Assembly (NCBI RefSeq): GCF_036321535.1
Contig: NC_087447.1
Location: 47,184,001-47,248,000, forward strand
Direction: 5' to 3'
Source: Camelus dromedarius
Lineage: Eukaryota
Length of the DNA stretch: 64,000 bases
Below the pieces are notes generated by a model that made no database searches, was not told the DNA's origin, and saw nothing but the letters and a program-made list of their open reading frames with translations. The first letter of the stretch is position 1. The number at the start of each line of letters is the position of its first letter. Shown piece after piece: positions 1 through 13,874 of the stretch. The position numbers and the translations under genes are program-made.

Positions 1-1984
1 TCACCTTTCAATCACACTCCTTCCCATGGCAGTCTGTCCCTCCAGGCAGCTAGTGTCACTAACTGTGCTACCTGGGCCTTTTCAGGTTCATGAGTATTGA
101 TTCTGTCTATCTAATTTGCAGGCTGCAAGACGTGTCCAAGCAACCAAGTATGCTGCCCTTGGCCCCAGAGGGCAGAGAGTGGTCTGGCAGGATGGTGAGA
201 GGAGAGGGACTAGGCCCTGGGACTGCTAACCCAATCAAAGGGAATGGGCAATGCACTTCACAAACTTGGAGGCCAAGGAGGGTAAGCATTCAAGTTAGTG
301 ATTCATTCTGCTATCTTGGAGAAGATTCCTTTCACTTTTAATGAAACTAAAAGACAGCAGCTCCACTGTGGGGTATAACTAAGACTAAAGAAACTGTGGC
401 TGCTCAGTGGCCAAGAGTGGTACCAAACACATTCCCAGACGGCCAGTCAGCTTTTTGTCCAAGAGTCATCTCATACTTACAAAGTATATAACCCAGAGCT
501 CCATGGGGATCAGGCCCTTCTTGGAGAAGTGAGCCGAGATCAGGCTAGAGGACTACGTGACTAGCTTTGATGACCAAAAGAACTTTGTGAACCTATGGGC
601 TGCAGCAGGGCAGAAACAGGGTAGGAGGCCAGCCAGGTAAGAGAAAGCTAGGGCAAAGCTGGTTAGAAGAGTAAGCTTAGCAGCAGGCCAGGCACAGGGA
701 GTGCCAAGAAGTTCATAGTCAAAAGAGAACCAAGGGCCAGACACCAGGCAGCAGAGATGTGAGTCAGAGAGTCAAAAGCCAGGTCAAATGTCAAGGACTA
801 GAGGCCAAAGGAAACAGAAGACCACAAAACAAGCAAGCAACCAGAAACCAAGGAATACAACAGTATCAGAGGTTAAGGCAAGGCAAAAGAAGCAGATATG
901 AGGAAGAGCAGTGAGGAGACTTTGGAAATGAAGACATTTCTGCCTCTTTGATGCTTTTTGCTGAAGAAGAAATAAATCCCCCAATTCAGAACTGTATCTG
1001 GGAGATGGTGACATGCATGAGGAGACGGTGAGTTGGCCCACCTGGCTGACAAGGGAAATACAGAATCTGACAACACAAAGGAAGGCAGGCACTACAATTC
1101 CAGGTGATCCAGCAAAGGACAACTGAAGACCCCCTCTGCTCTGGTGCTGGCATACTGGCTGTCACTTTGGAGGGCTGGGTTTAGGTATCACCACGTTAAA
1201 TTTGAGTAGCTGTGCCAAATGGGCAGTGATGTATATGGGCTAGGCCTTCGTGGTCTTAACAGCTGGATTAAAGGAGGGTAGAGTATATCAATCTACTCAC
1301 TTACGTTTTTCTATAACATGCTCAAAGGAACTACATTTACTACTCCACAGGTTCTCACTGGGCAAAGGCTTACAAAATGAACATCTGCAATCCTTCCAGC
1401 CAGTTTAGGATTTGGCCTCTGGTAATCTGTAGAAAGATATGCCTACCAATGTTGGTATCAACCTCAAAGGCTAGAGATAATCTCCAGATACCCTATTTCT
1501 GATACTCATTTGGGGAGTCAGAGATGTCTACAGCCCAAGAGGATGGGGATTTAGAGTTGGCCTTTAATGACTTGGCTCTGGTAGCAGTACCTGCCTTTCT
1601 ATGTGCCCATCAGAATCTGTTCTGGTCTTATCTCTGCCCAAGTAAGCTGACTCACCAAAAGGACTGGGCCTCATGAGTGTTGAAGGTGAAGGTTGTCAGG
1701 GACAGCATCCAGCTAACAGGGCGGCAGAGAAGCAGCAGTAAGACAGAGGTAGCTAGGCTGGGGGTCGGGGAGGGGGGGTGCCTACAAATCTTGTTAATCA
1801 GAAACGGTCAGGTCTTGAAGATTGGCCTTAGTTAGGGAGGAGAATGCAGGTCCAGAGCCCAAGACCTTGATAAGAGTGAGTAGGAGCAGTAAGCTCTGAT
1901 CCTAGGCAGAGAACAGTTTTTTTTTTTTTCTGCTTTGTTTTACTGCCTGGTACAAGTATCTTATTTTCTCAAGCGTACAGTGGG

Positions 1985-2215
1985 GCTAAGTACTTTTTAT
2001 GGCTGAGTAGTATTTCATTGTATAAATATACCACAACTTCTTTATCTGGTCATCTGTCAATGGACATTTAGGTTGTTTCCATGTCTTGGCTACTGTAAAT
2101 AGTGCTGCTATGTATGAACATTGGGGTGCGTGTGTCTTTTCGAATTAGAGTTCCCTCCAGATATATGACCAGGAGTGTGATTGCTTGATCATATGTTAAG
2201 TCTACTTTTAGTTTT
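1985..2215 (-). mobile_element. L1 3' fragment
   Basis: tttttatggctgagtagtatt...tggacatttaggttgtttccatgtcttggc...cgaattagagtt. Confidence 0.8.
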
Positions 2216-5200
2216 GCCTGTTCACTTCTATTTGCCTTTCCCAGTAGGCCATGGGGCAAGGACCATGTCTCAACCTTCCTTCCCAGCTCCTTGTCCAGTG
2301 CCTGGATCACAGTAAGTAGTCAACAGATGCTTTCTGAATGAGTGCATGAATAAATGAAGGATGAATACATGATATCATTATTTTATTTGATGGGAAATGC
2401 AGTAAAAAGGTGGAAGGCAACTGTCTCAGCCTTGCCTAGTCTTCTCTCACATGAGGGTCCAAACTGGGCCGCAGGAGGCTTAGCTGAGGAAAACTTCCAT
2501 TTTCCTCTCCTGAGCACCAGGGCCTTCCTGCCTTCCACCAGGCAGTTCCTAGACAACGCTGAGGAAATGAACAAGAGGGTAGTTCCTAAGTGGCAGCTCC
2601 TGGGACTCAGAGAACTCCCTCTGGAGCCACAGCCCCCACAAAGTGCGTTTTAATTTGCTGATCAGGTTGTAATTAGATTAGAGGTGGAAGCACATGTAGG
2701 AAGTTAGCTCACATGGACCTCGATGAGCTCCTGCTTTCAGAGAAGTGGGGCATCACACTGTATGGGAGGACAGTTATATCGATTGAGGTTAAGGTTTTCT
2801 GCTCTCAGTGGCCAGAGGGGTTTGGGGTCGTGTCACATTATTTAGGAAAGAGCGAGGAAACCTGTGGTGTGAGCTGAGGCCTAGGGTGGGCCAGGCGCGT
2901 GTCAAAGACGGCTGGCGAGCAGCTGGAGTTGGTGAAGCAAGAAGGGCAGTGATCCCAGCTCCAGGTCATCCCCACACAATGTGGAGCTTTAGGAGAAGCT
3001 CCTCCAACTCCTCCTCCCCTCTACCCCCACATCCAAGCACAGACACTGTGATGAGTGTCACGGGTCCCAAGGAGAAGACAAAGAGTTGACCTATTCTCCA
3101 CCCAGCACACACCTCCATGAGGGAAGGAAGCAAAGAGGTCACAGTTCAGGAGGTCTGCTGGAAAGTCAAATGAGCTGTGGCTCATTCAGTCTACTGGCTG
3201 GTCTTCGGGCGGTCGGGAAGGCAGGGTGGCCCGACCAAAGGCACCGGCATGTGTTGAATCTAAAAGTTCAGTGGCTCAGCGGCATGAGCTGGGGGTGAGG
3301 GGATGGGAGGCAGTTTTCTTTCCAAAGCCAGCCTCCTCAGGAAACAAACTAAAGATTAGGTAGGAAGCAAGGCATCTGTGTAGAAAACGTGCTCTAGTTT
3401 CCTCGAATTAGGACAATGTTTTGTTTACTTCCCTCAAAAGGTAAAGATCAATAATTATAATAAAGCAGCCTCAGTGTGTTGAACACTTTACATTTGCTAT
3501 TCCAGATCCTTATAACCACTTGCAATGAGGTACCAGTCCATTTTATAAATGAATAAACTGAGGCTCAGCAAGATAACAGGAGTTATCTAACTGAACACAT
3601 TAAATAAGCACAGGAACCAAGTCAAATCCATGTCTGTCTGGGGCCAAAACTGATGCACATTCCCCTAAACCACACTGGTTCTCACCTACCCAACCATCCA
3701 TTAATTTGTATTAATATCCCAGAGTGCTGGACCCTTACTATGTACCAGAGACAGTGATATTTTCAGATGGTCATAATAGCTAGCTGGGATAAGTGGGAGT
3801 CTGATTCAGATGGACAAGGGTCAATATCAGCAGTGGGCCTGACCAGGTGAGATAAATTTGGGCAAGGCTCAAGGAGGGCATGGCACATTAAGCAGAGGGC
3901 CATGGAATCAAGACTACCCATCACAAGGTTTCTAGGACAATCCCAATTTTACATTCTTAGCCTAGTTCTAAACACTTTCATGTCTTTCAATCTGTGGTTC
4001 GTAAAACCGATGGGCCAGTGTGGTCAAGCCCTGGTTGTCAGGGATTCTTTCCACAGTATGGGCCTAGACTAGGCTCTCTTTAGGCAAATGATCCATAAGA
4101 GCATGCTGGGGCTGGTGTGTCTCTCAGACTATGCACTAGGCATCACACTAAGCAGTTTTATATGCATTTGAATCTTTAATCACAAATGCTGAGGCAGGTG
4201 TTATTATCATTCCCATTTTGTAGATGAGGAAACAGAGCTGGTAAGAGGTAGCGCTAGGTTTAAACTGAGGTGCTCGTTCCAGAGCCTTTGTTCCTCACCA
4301 CTTTGCCACACAAAACTAGACTGTGCTCCCCAAAGCAGGGACTGTGCCTGACCATCTGTTCCCTTGCACACAGAGCCCAGGACAGGCCAGTAAATATTTG
4401 TTGAATCAATTCACTTCTGAGGCCTTAACACTGTACTGCTCATGCATATGTTAAGTTTTCAGTCAGCTCCTGGGCTTTACTTGCTAGTTTTGCTAAATTA
4501 GGCCTTGGATTTTACAAATGGTTTTTTCATTTTAATTGTAGAGTGACACCCTGATCCCTGTTAAATTTTTATCACTACAGATTTAACCACTGCTCTAGCC
4601 CACCGTGTTCTTTTTTCACTTCCCTAATTCTTTCACCCAACATATCAGCTATCTCTCTGAGCTTCATTTAACCAGTCAATTTGGTTCGCATTTATCAATG
4701 GTCTCAATAGAATCAGTGATATGATTACTGAATACGAGTCTGTGGCTTACCAGTGTAGTTTGCTTTCCAGTCTGATATTCATTCCTATATAAAAAATGAA
4801 CCAGATCATTCACCATTCATTAGTTTGACTAAACCATTTGCCACATTATATTTTATCCACGTAGACATCATGAAACAGCTAAATATCTTGCTGCAACCCA
4901 GACACACCTACTATGTTTATTGTATATTCCTGACCCACCCACCTGGCAATCTTATTTAAACAAGTAGCTCATGGTACAGCGTGGGTCCGACGTCTTTAAA
5001 GAAGAGGTGCTGGAGTGGACCATATCACAGTCCCTAGAAATGGAACACCTTTCCCCGGGCTGCTGAACTGGAATGGGCACTGGATACTCTTTTGATCCCA
5101 ACTGCTCCTCTGCATGAAGACAACACTGAACACAGAACCACAGGATGGGATATAGGGCTGGAGAAGGGGGGTACCCTGAGACTGTCAGGTTAGGCAAATG

Positions 5201-5819
5201 AGCTGGCATCGCTTTCCAGGGAGCAGTGTCTGGGTGGCCTGAGGTCAAGGCATGCGTCTGCCAAACTAGAAACGGGTGCATGCTGGAACTGGAATATCAT
5301 TACTACGAAACAGGATTATCTTGAGCAATGATTCTAAATGGGATTAGAAATGACTCTTTGTTACTCAGAGATAATCAGCCACAGCAGCAGGGATGGGAGA
5401 GATGTCAAGCTCGGCACACTTTTCTGGGGGCATGGTGCTGGCATTCTGGGCACCTGGCCAGCACCCTCACCCACCCTTCCTTGCGGGAAATACTGGGCAC
5501 TGTTCTTCCCCGGGCAGGTAACCACCTGGGACAAGAGCCAGCTCCACATCAAAGCGCCGTGCTCTGGGGTCCCGTGTTCTAGGCCCAGCTTCTTAGATGA
5601 AAAGGAGTGGAAAAACAATTTCCAAAGCCCTACCGCTTCTGTGTCATCTATGAGATACTGGGTTGAGGCAAGTAACACCCCCACCTCCATCAAAGATTAC
5701 CTGCAGGAAATTCACTAAATTCCTCTGAGGTCACCCACAATCAGCAGCAGCAGTGTCAATCATAGTAATAATAATTAAGGCACTACAACTGCTACTATAC
5801 TACTATTAATTAGCAAATC

Positions 5820-6030
5820 CTTATCGAGTGCTTACTACATGGCAGGCATTGTTCTAAACACTTTACATATACTCACACATTTAGGGTAGCTCAGCTTATT
5901 ATCTCCATTTTTATGGCTGAGGAAACAATCACAGATAAGTGAAAGAACTTGCCGAGGTAGATGACTAGTAAGAGGAAGAGCTTGGATTTGAACCCAAGTG
6001 GTCTAGCTCTAGAGCTCACAGCTCTACCAC
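5820..6030 (-). mobile_element. MIR SINE (representative; many more MIR/L2 fragments are scattered through the window)
   Basis: gagtgcttact...ctccatttttatggctgaggaaac...aacttgccgaggt...ggatttgaacccaagtggtct MIR core. Confidence 0.7.
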
Positions 6031-7159
6031 AAGCTGGACAGTCACCACCGGAGAAGATCATGGCCTGTGTTGGATAAGGCCTTTCCTTCACACTCTCTGG
6101 TCTTCAGACCCTGCCAGTTCCTCCCACGAGCTCTAGTACATCCCTACCTTCCCACCTTTGGGAGCCTATGCTCACAATGGTCCTTATTCCAGAAATGCTG
6201 CCTTCCTGCTCTCCATCTCTATCAGTCAAAATCTCGTCCATCTTTCAAGGCCCACCTCATATGAAAGGGCCTCCTTGCATTAGCTCTCCCTCCCAGCACT
6301 CTAGCTGATCTTCTCTGGGGTACTGACTATATTCTGCCTCATTCTACAGTTAAAGTGGGGCTTGTTTTAATCCCTCTTCTGATAGCTTTTTTGAGGACAA
6401 GGAGTAATTAGTCAGCTTTTAGATTTCTCAAAATCATCCAGTACATAGTGGGCCATCAAGAACCCCTGCCTGAGTTGACTTGACTCCTGGTTCTGGCACA
6501 TCATTCATTCCATGGCTTTGCTCCCTGCATCTTCCCTTCACAGGCAGCATAGTTTAGTGGAGATAATAAGGCTTTGGGGTTCAGAGGGACCTGGCTTCAA
6601 ATTCTGGCTCCCTCCTTCACTTATGGACAACTTGGGCATCTCTGAGCTTCATTTTCCTTATCTACAAAATAGAGATAATAATCCCTCCCTTTTAGGACTG
6701 CAGTGAGGATAAGAGCCAACCTGGGAAGTATTCAACATGGGCCTGGCACACAGAAGACACCCAATCAACTGTAGTTATCATCATCACTTAATGGTCAGGA
6801 GATCAGATAGCACAAAGCCAGCCTTGGGCCGAAGGAAGTACCACTCTGAAGCAAGCAGCCTGGCCAAGAATAGGCTGGGGACCTTGGGAATAGTCTGGAG
6901 GCCTCCAAGGCAGGACAGACCTCCACGTTGTCAGGCCTCCTAAAGACCTGTGTTGAAGCACAGGTACAGGGCTGCTCCACTTGCTCTGCCTCTGGCCAGC
7001 CAGCAAGGAAGAAGAGCCTCCCAGGGAGGCTGCCCTGGTCCAGCTGCAAGAGTAGCTTCACCTCTTCGCTCTAAGAACACATGTGGAGCTGTCAGCCCCA
7101 CAAAGAAACGCCTATAAGACTTCTCCTGCAGGACAGCAACCTGGCTTGGATTACTGGGG

Positions 7160-7457
7160 TTTTTATAATTAATTAATTAATTTTAAATTGAAGTATAGTT
7201 GATTTACAATGTTGTGTTAGTTTCTGGTGTACAACATAGTGATTCAGTTAGCCACTAAGAAAACAGTATGGAGGGTCCTTAAAAAACTAAAAATAGAGTT
7301 ACCATATGATCCAGCGATCCCACTCCTGGGCATATATCCAGGGAAAACTCTAATTCGAAAAGATACATGCACCCCAATGTTCACAGCAGCACTATTTACA
7401 ATAGCCAAGACATGGAAGCAACTTAAATGTCCATCAAGAGATGACTGGATAAAGAAG

Positions 7458-7516
<59 letters not shown>

Positions 7517-7580
7517 AAGAAGATATATACATATATATAAAAAGAAATATACATATATGTTATATATACACACACACATA
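7160..7580. mobile_element. Rearranged (inverted) L1 3' end with (TA)n(CA)n microsatellite
   Basis: Minus-strand L1 3' terminus at ~7160-7250 is joined directly to a plus-strand ORF2 C-terminus (KKLKIELPYDPAIPLLGIYP) at 7251-7458. Confidence 0.8.
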
Positions 7581-8489
7581 CATACTGCTGGGTTATTAAA
7601 ATTAGGGTTTAACGTCCTCCTCCCCTTAGCAAGGTAGAGGAAAAATAAGCAAATGCTAAAAATAAATGACTGCTATAAGGGGGAATTAAATGGTCTTCAG
7701 CCAAGGATGGCGGCATTTTAAAATTAACAAAGCCCAGGTACCACATCCAGGAAGGCCTTGGCAAATGCGTGTTATCCACTCATTAGCTCAGCTCCTCAGG
7801 GACCCTAGCCAAGCAGGGAAGGCAGTGCCGGGAAGCAGTCCTTCCGATGCTGATGAAATGCACTCCAGGAGAAAAGGCAGAAGGAGGGAGGGAGACTCTT
7901 GTGGGGAATTTCAAACAGTTCTGCTGGAGCTTCCTTCTCTGCCTGGCAGTCTCACCTTCTCTGAGGCAGGGGATTTCAAAGCAACCAGCAAGCCCAAGTG
8001 GGTTCAAATGTGAATCCGCCCCGAACCACATCACTCTTTCAGGATCTTTGGTTCCTGAAGCACCACAATGGCCACACTATTTATGTGGTCTACCTGCATG
8101 GTAGTCCAGGGACAAGGAACTCAAGAATGTTGTGGGATGAGAGGCAAGCTCCCAGTTCTGTACCCTGCACTTTCTACTTGCTATAAAGAATCATATGATG
8201 CTTTGTGAAATTATATGAGCCCACTGTATACCACTTGTGAAGTGAATTTATCATTATTCATCAGTAATTCTACTCCATGACATAACAAATTGTGTGAATC
8301 TTTATTCTCTACTAACAGTCAGAATATACAGTACTCTAATGTAAGATACCATCGACAATAAGAATTCAAAACATTCCAGGTGACCATAAACAGTACAAAT
8401 TCATTTTGACACTACAAACATGAATTCTCAGTATGCCAATGGTCACAATTAACAGTGAAAATTAGAGAGATGGTGGCTTTTTAAAAAGT

Positions 8490-9380
8490 TTTTTTTAAAG
8501 TTGGTTTATTGAAGTATCATTGATACATAAATTTCATCCTTTTAGATGTACAATTTGATGAGTTGTGGGACACTATCATAATCAAGATTTAGAATATTTC
8601 CATCACCTCAGAAGTTCCTTTGGGTCCCTCCTCCAACTCCTAAACCCTAGCAGCCACTAACCTGATTTCTGTCCCAACAGAATTGCCTCTTCCAGATTTT
8701 CATATAAATGGAATTACATAGTAGGTAACTTTTCATGTCTGCTTTTAACTTAGGATAAAGCTTTCAAGATTCGACCAGGTTGTTACATGTACAAGAAGTT
8801 TGTTCTTTTTTTTTAGTGCTGGGTTATAGTCCACTGTATGGATATACCATAATTTGTCCATTCACCAGGTGATGGACATTTGGGTGATTTCGAGTTTTTG
8901 GTGATTATGAATAAAGCTACTATAAGTATCTGCATACAAGTCTTGTTGCAGATGTATGGTTTTATTTCTCATGCACAAATACCTAGGAGTTGGTATTGCT
9001 GGGTTACATGATATATGTAATTTTACATTTATAAGATACTGCTAAAGTGTTTTCCCCCAAAGTGGCTATACCATTACGCAGTCCTATCAGCAGTGATGAC
9101 AACTGTTCTGCAACCTCGTCAGCACTTGGTATTATCAGTTTTTAAAATTTTGACCATTAGGGTAGATGTGTAGTGGTTATCTCACTGTGATTTTTAACTT
9201 GCATTTCCCTAAATGCTGAGTAACTTTTCTTGTGATTATCTGGCATCCATCCCTTCTTTGGTATAGTGTCTGCTCAAATATTTTGCCTATTTTTTAAAAA
9301 TTGGGCTATCTTTTTAGTATTCATGTGTAAGAGTTCTTTATATCTCCTGGATACTATTCCTTTATCAGGCGTGTTTTGAC
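8490..9380 (-). mobile_element. Old L1 (L1MB/ME-like) 3' region
   Basis: agaatatttccatcacc...ggatataccataatttg...gatggacatttggg...ttgcatttccctaa...agttctttatat. Confidence 0.75.
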
Positions 9381-12300
9381 AGCTTCTCTTTTGAGAAATT
9401 AGAAATTATAAGGATTTAAATCATACCATGTTTCTTCCAAACCAATATCCTCTGCACATACATGCTAATGAAGAAAACAGGAAAGAACTAAACTTTCCAT
9501 TTATAAATACCTTAGTGCCACTGGATAGAGGGTCAAGCAGCACTTAGTACCTATTAAAACTCATGAGACTATTTTTACCTCTACAATAAGCATCCAACCA
9601 ACATTAAGCTTTAAGGAAAGCTACATCTGGAGAAATGGCTGTCCTATAAACAGCTTTTGGCCCCCCAGGCTCTGCATCTCCCAAAGCCCTGTTCTGGTCC
9701 ATCAGGCTCCTGGAATGGTCAACAGTCGTCACACTCCATTGCTGGCCATTGTCCACTGGGAAAGGTAGGAGGCTCCCAATCCATCCCTCAGTGAAAGAGC
9801 AAACAGTGGGGCCTGTGGCTGCTTGGACATCAAAGTTGAGCAAACAGGCCTGGCAGGCACTGCCTCTCCGCCTACACATCCTGCAAATGCCATGTGAAGG
9901 AGCATCCCTGAGGGGGTCATGACTTTCAGCTTGTCACAGCACACATCAAAGTTTGCACCACACACGAACTGGGTGCATGGGTTCGAATCAAGTTGCCCAA
10001 GAGCGGATACTCAGCCATTGTGTCCAGTTTTAATCCCATGTTTTCCCAAGTAATTAGGCCTTCTTGCTTATGAACTTGTGACTAAGTAAAGCATCACTGA
10101 GAGGTTGTAACATCAAAGTGCCTTCCACTGTCTGCCCATGTTTGGTAAAATTGGATTTCTTTCCCTTCTTAAAGAAAAACTAATTGAATTTAGCTGAAGG
10201 CTGGGTATATTTGCACGAGCCAGAGGAGGCTGTGCTATGTCACAGTGGTCATCTTGGGACCCTGTGGCTTAGCCTTTAGCTGGGGTGGGTCAAAGTGCAA
10301 CACAAAGTGAGGCACCCAGACTCAGGCTAAACAAGTGCCTGTGGCATGAGGCTTACAGGGGGCTCACTGTGGAGACGGGGCCAGCCCCTGCCGACCGCTC
10401 CTCAAGTCAATACTACACCCAAGCTGTTACTAGGCTGGCAAAAGGATTGTCCTAACAGAATGTTGGTAAATCTTTGGCAAAACAGCTACTGAAGACAATG
10501 GCCATCACATTGCTCAAGTCCTTGATGTCATCAGCCCAAGTAAGCTTCTTAAGGCAAAGGCTGTGATGCTTACTTAGTATCTGAATCCCCTCTAGCCTAG
10601 CACATCAGCGCTTGACACATTATAGTTTTTTAAAATGTTTGCTGGATGCATAAAATGGTAATATAATATCAGAACAAAATTCCTCCCTCCTGAAAAACTG
10701 AAACTCTCTTAGATCTCTTTTTTTCCTTGCTTGTCAGGAGACTTCAATCTAAATTCATACTCGATTCCACTAATTACCTGAATTTACAGCCAGGTATAGC
10801 CTGGTCCCATTTATGTAAAATTATACACACACAGATAGAGATATAGATATACAGTGATCAACCTCTAGTTAGAGGGAATTCAGCTGATGGCTACTTTCTT
10901 CTCTATATTATTTTTACAAAAACAATAAACCTATTTTTGGAAAAGGAGATCTCTAGTTCAATCCTGACAGAATTATCTTTCCTTTTACCAATATGACTTC
11001 TAATCTTGATCCAGTTTTAATTCTTCTGTGTACACTTGTATTTGTATTTTAAGTCACCTCAAGCTTTTTTAGAAATAAAGGGAGAGAATAAATTATAAAT
11101 AAATTCCGTTTATACTTTTAACATTTTGTTCCACAGTACTGTATTTTCTGTTCAAAATTAAACAAAATACCACTCTTCTTTATTACTGAAAATTAAATAA
11201 ATAAATACACATATAAATAAAAGTTCACAAGAAGTTAATCTCTTTAAGGATAGAGACTACAGTGTTCCCTAAGGACTTGACACGCACTAAAGGCAGTTGA
11301 GGGTGAAATGACTGGGCATCTGTCAGTCTCTCTCCCTCGAGCCTTGAATCTGCTGCCCTTCTACCTTCCCTTGATCCAAATTCATTTCAAGGTGGTGGTA
11401 TTTCAGGCTTGGTCAATATGATTCCAGAAGGGTTTGGGGACTGATGAGAGGACAATCAGCACACTTCTAATGAGGAAAAATTTCTTGGCAGATTGTGCTG
11501 GGATGGACCCGATAATCCTTCAAGACCCCTCCCACGGCACCCTACCAATGAGGCCTACTCACCCTGACCAGTGTATGGCATTCTCTTTTACCAGATTCTA
11601 CTTTTCCTTTTTTTCCATAATTCACATTATCTTCTAATGTATTATACAGTTTACTTATGCATTATATTTTTTGTTTATAGTCTGTCCCTGCCTCTCTCTA
11701 CCCAGTGACTACCACTAGTATAGAAATAAGCTCCTTGAGGACAGGGATCTTTGTCAAGAACGGTGCCTGGCAAAAAGTAGGTGCCAATATTTTTTTGTGG
11801 TATGAATAAACAAATCCAACCTGAAAGTGTGCTATTTTCAATAAAAATCTGTCCTCCCTGAGTACTACAAGGAAGAGGAGGGCACAAAATAGAAGCTTAA
11901 AACACCAATAATTAGTCCTAGGAACCAAAGCAAGTAAATAAGCCAACATTCACTTTGCTCAATGCACACCACTGATTTGGTAATGGCCCTGGATAGACAG
12001 AGCAATCAGTTAAACCAACAACTCAATAGTTTCAGAGAGAAATGTCCTCGAAGCACATCTACTAGCTATCTGCTCGCTGACTGGCAGGACTCTTACAGTG
12101 TTATTCCTATCCCTTCTCAACACTGAAAATACAACACACAGAAGGGCACACAACCCCTCCCTTTTCTCTACCTCTGGATATCTCTTGCAGATGGAGATAC
12201 ATACAATCTGGGAAAGACAGGTGGGTGGGGTGGAGGGGAGGGTATCAGTGGTAGAATAAACACACATGTGTTTGTAGATAGAGAGGTCTAGTGCAGGCGG

Positions 12301-13763
12301 CAGTGAATAACATCAACCATTTGTAACCTGTAGCATCTATCCACTCTGCTACCACATTCAGTCCCCTCACACCCTCTGCTTTGATAATATCCTGTCCACA
12401 CTTCTCTAACATCACTGATTACACTATACTCTGTCTCTCTTCCTGCCTGTCTTTTCCACATTAGACTAAGAACTCCCAAGGCTTCTGATTTCCCAGTAAT
12501 TAGCATAGACCCTGGCCCAGAGTAGAGATCTACCAAATGTTTATAGAAATAATTGATTTTAGGTAAAGAAACATGGTGTCCACAGAATTCTGAAATTCAA
12601 CTAAGAGTCACAGCCAGGACTGGACTCCAAGTCTCTCAACTGTAAAGCCTATTTACTTTTTTTTTTTTTTTTTTTTTAAAGACTAAGCACTTGGGTCTAA
12701 AGAGGCATATAAGGGGACAGAGTGCTGATATCAAGTTCACGACAGAGGAGCAGGGAAGAGAGAACTAGCTCAGTACGGTCTGAGGCAGCGCCACCCTGAC
12801 ATTATAAAATCCCCGTCTGGTTGGTTTCCACCACATTTACGACTGGCCAGTACTGGTAGATAAAAGCCTTAAAAGTCTGCTTGAAGGAAAATGAAAACTG
12901 GTATCTGCAACTATCAATGTCAGTGGCTACTACTGAAGTGCCCTGTCTGCCTTCTTTGAAAGTATCTCCTTTGCTGTTTTTCAATCAATTCTTTTGCACA
13001 ATCACAGCTAGAGACTGGGATGGAAAGGCAGCATTCAGCTCAAGCCCAGGATCTGGCACAGGGAGGCAGCAGTGAGGTACAGCAAAATACACAATGTCTG
13101 CAGGCAGCTAGACCAGGTTCTAAATCCTATCTGTGTGACCTTAGACACATCACTTTACCTCTCTGGGCTTCAATTCCCTTTGCTGAAAAATGAAAATAAT
13201 AGTATGTATCTTGTAGGGTGGTTGTGAGAAGGGATAAAACTCTTTATACAAAGTAGACTATTTCAATCTTTACTCAGATTGGAATGGGGGACCGGGTAGG
13301 AAAATAATAGCAGGGCCTCCAATGGGAGGGAAGGAATGTCCCCCCTTCCCTAATTTCCAACACAACTTTCAAAGGAACAGCCCAATGGAGCCCTTGCTGG
13401 GGACAGTGACTGCAGACTCCTTAACACAGACAGATAACAGATAATGGAATCGTGATAATAACGTGCACAAGTACACCTAGCCACTTAACAGCAGGCTTTC
13501 AAACATTTTGTTGCTTCAATGCAAATAACTCGCCTAAGGTCACAAAGCCAACGAATGATGGAGCTGGGATCCAAAGCTGCATCTTCCCTCTCCATATCTC
13601 CTATACTTCCCATTGCACCAGGTGTAGACCAGTACCTTGGGCTGAGTCCATTTCCCTGTCTTTGGAGAGGACAGCAGGGGGACAGGCAAGGGCAGGAGAA
13701 GGTTCAGGATCACCATCTGAGGAGCTCTGGCTAAGGGAGACCTGTGTGGAAGGAGATCTCTCA

Positions 13764-13874
<111 letters not shown>

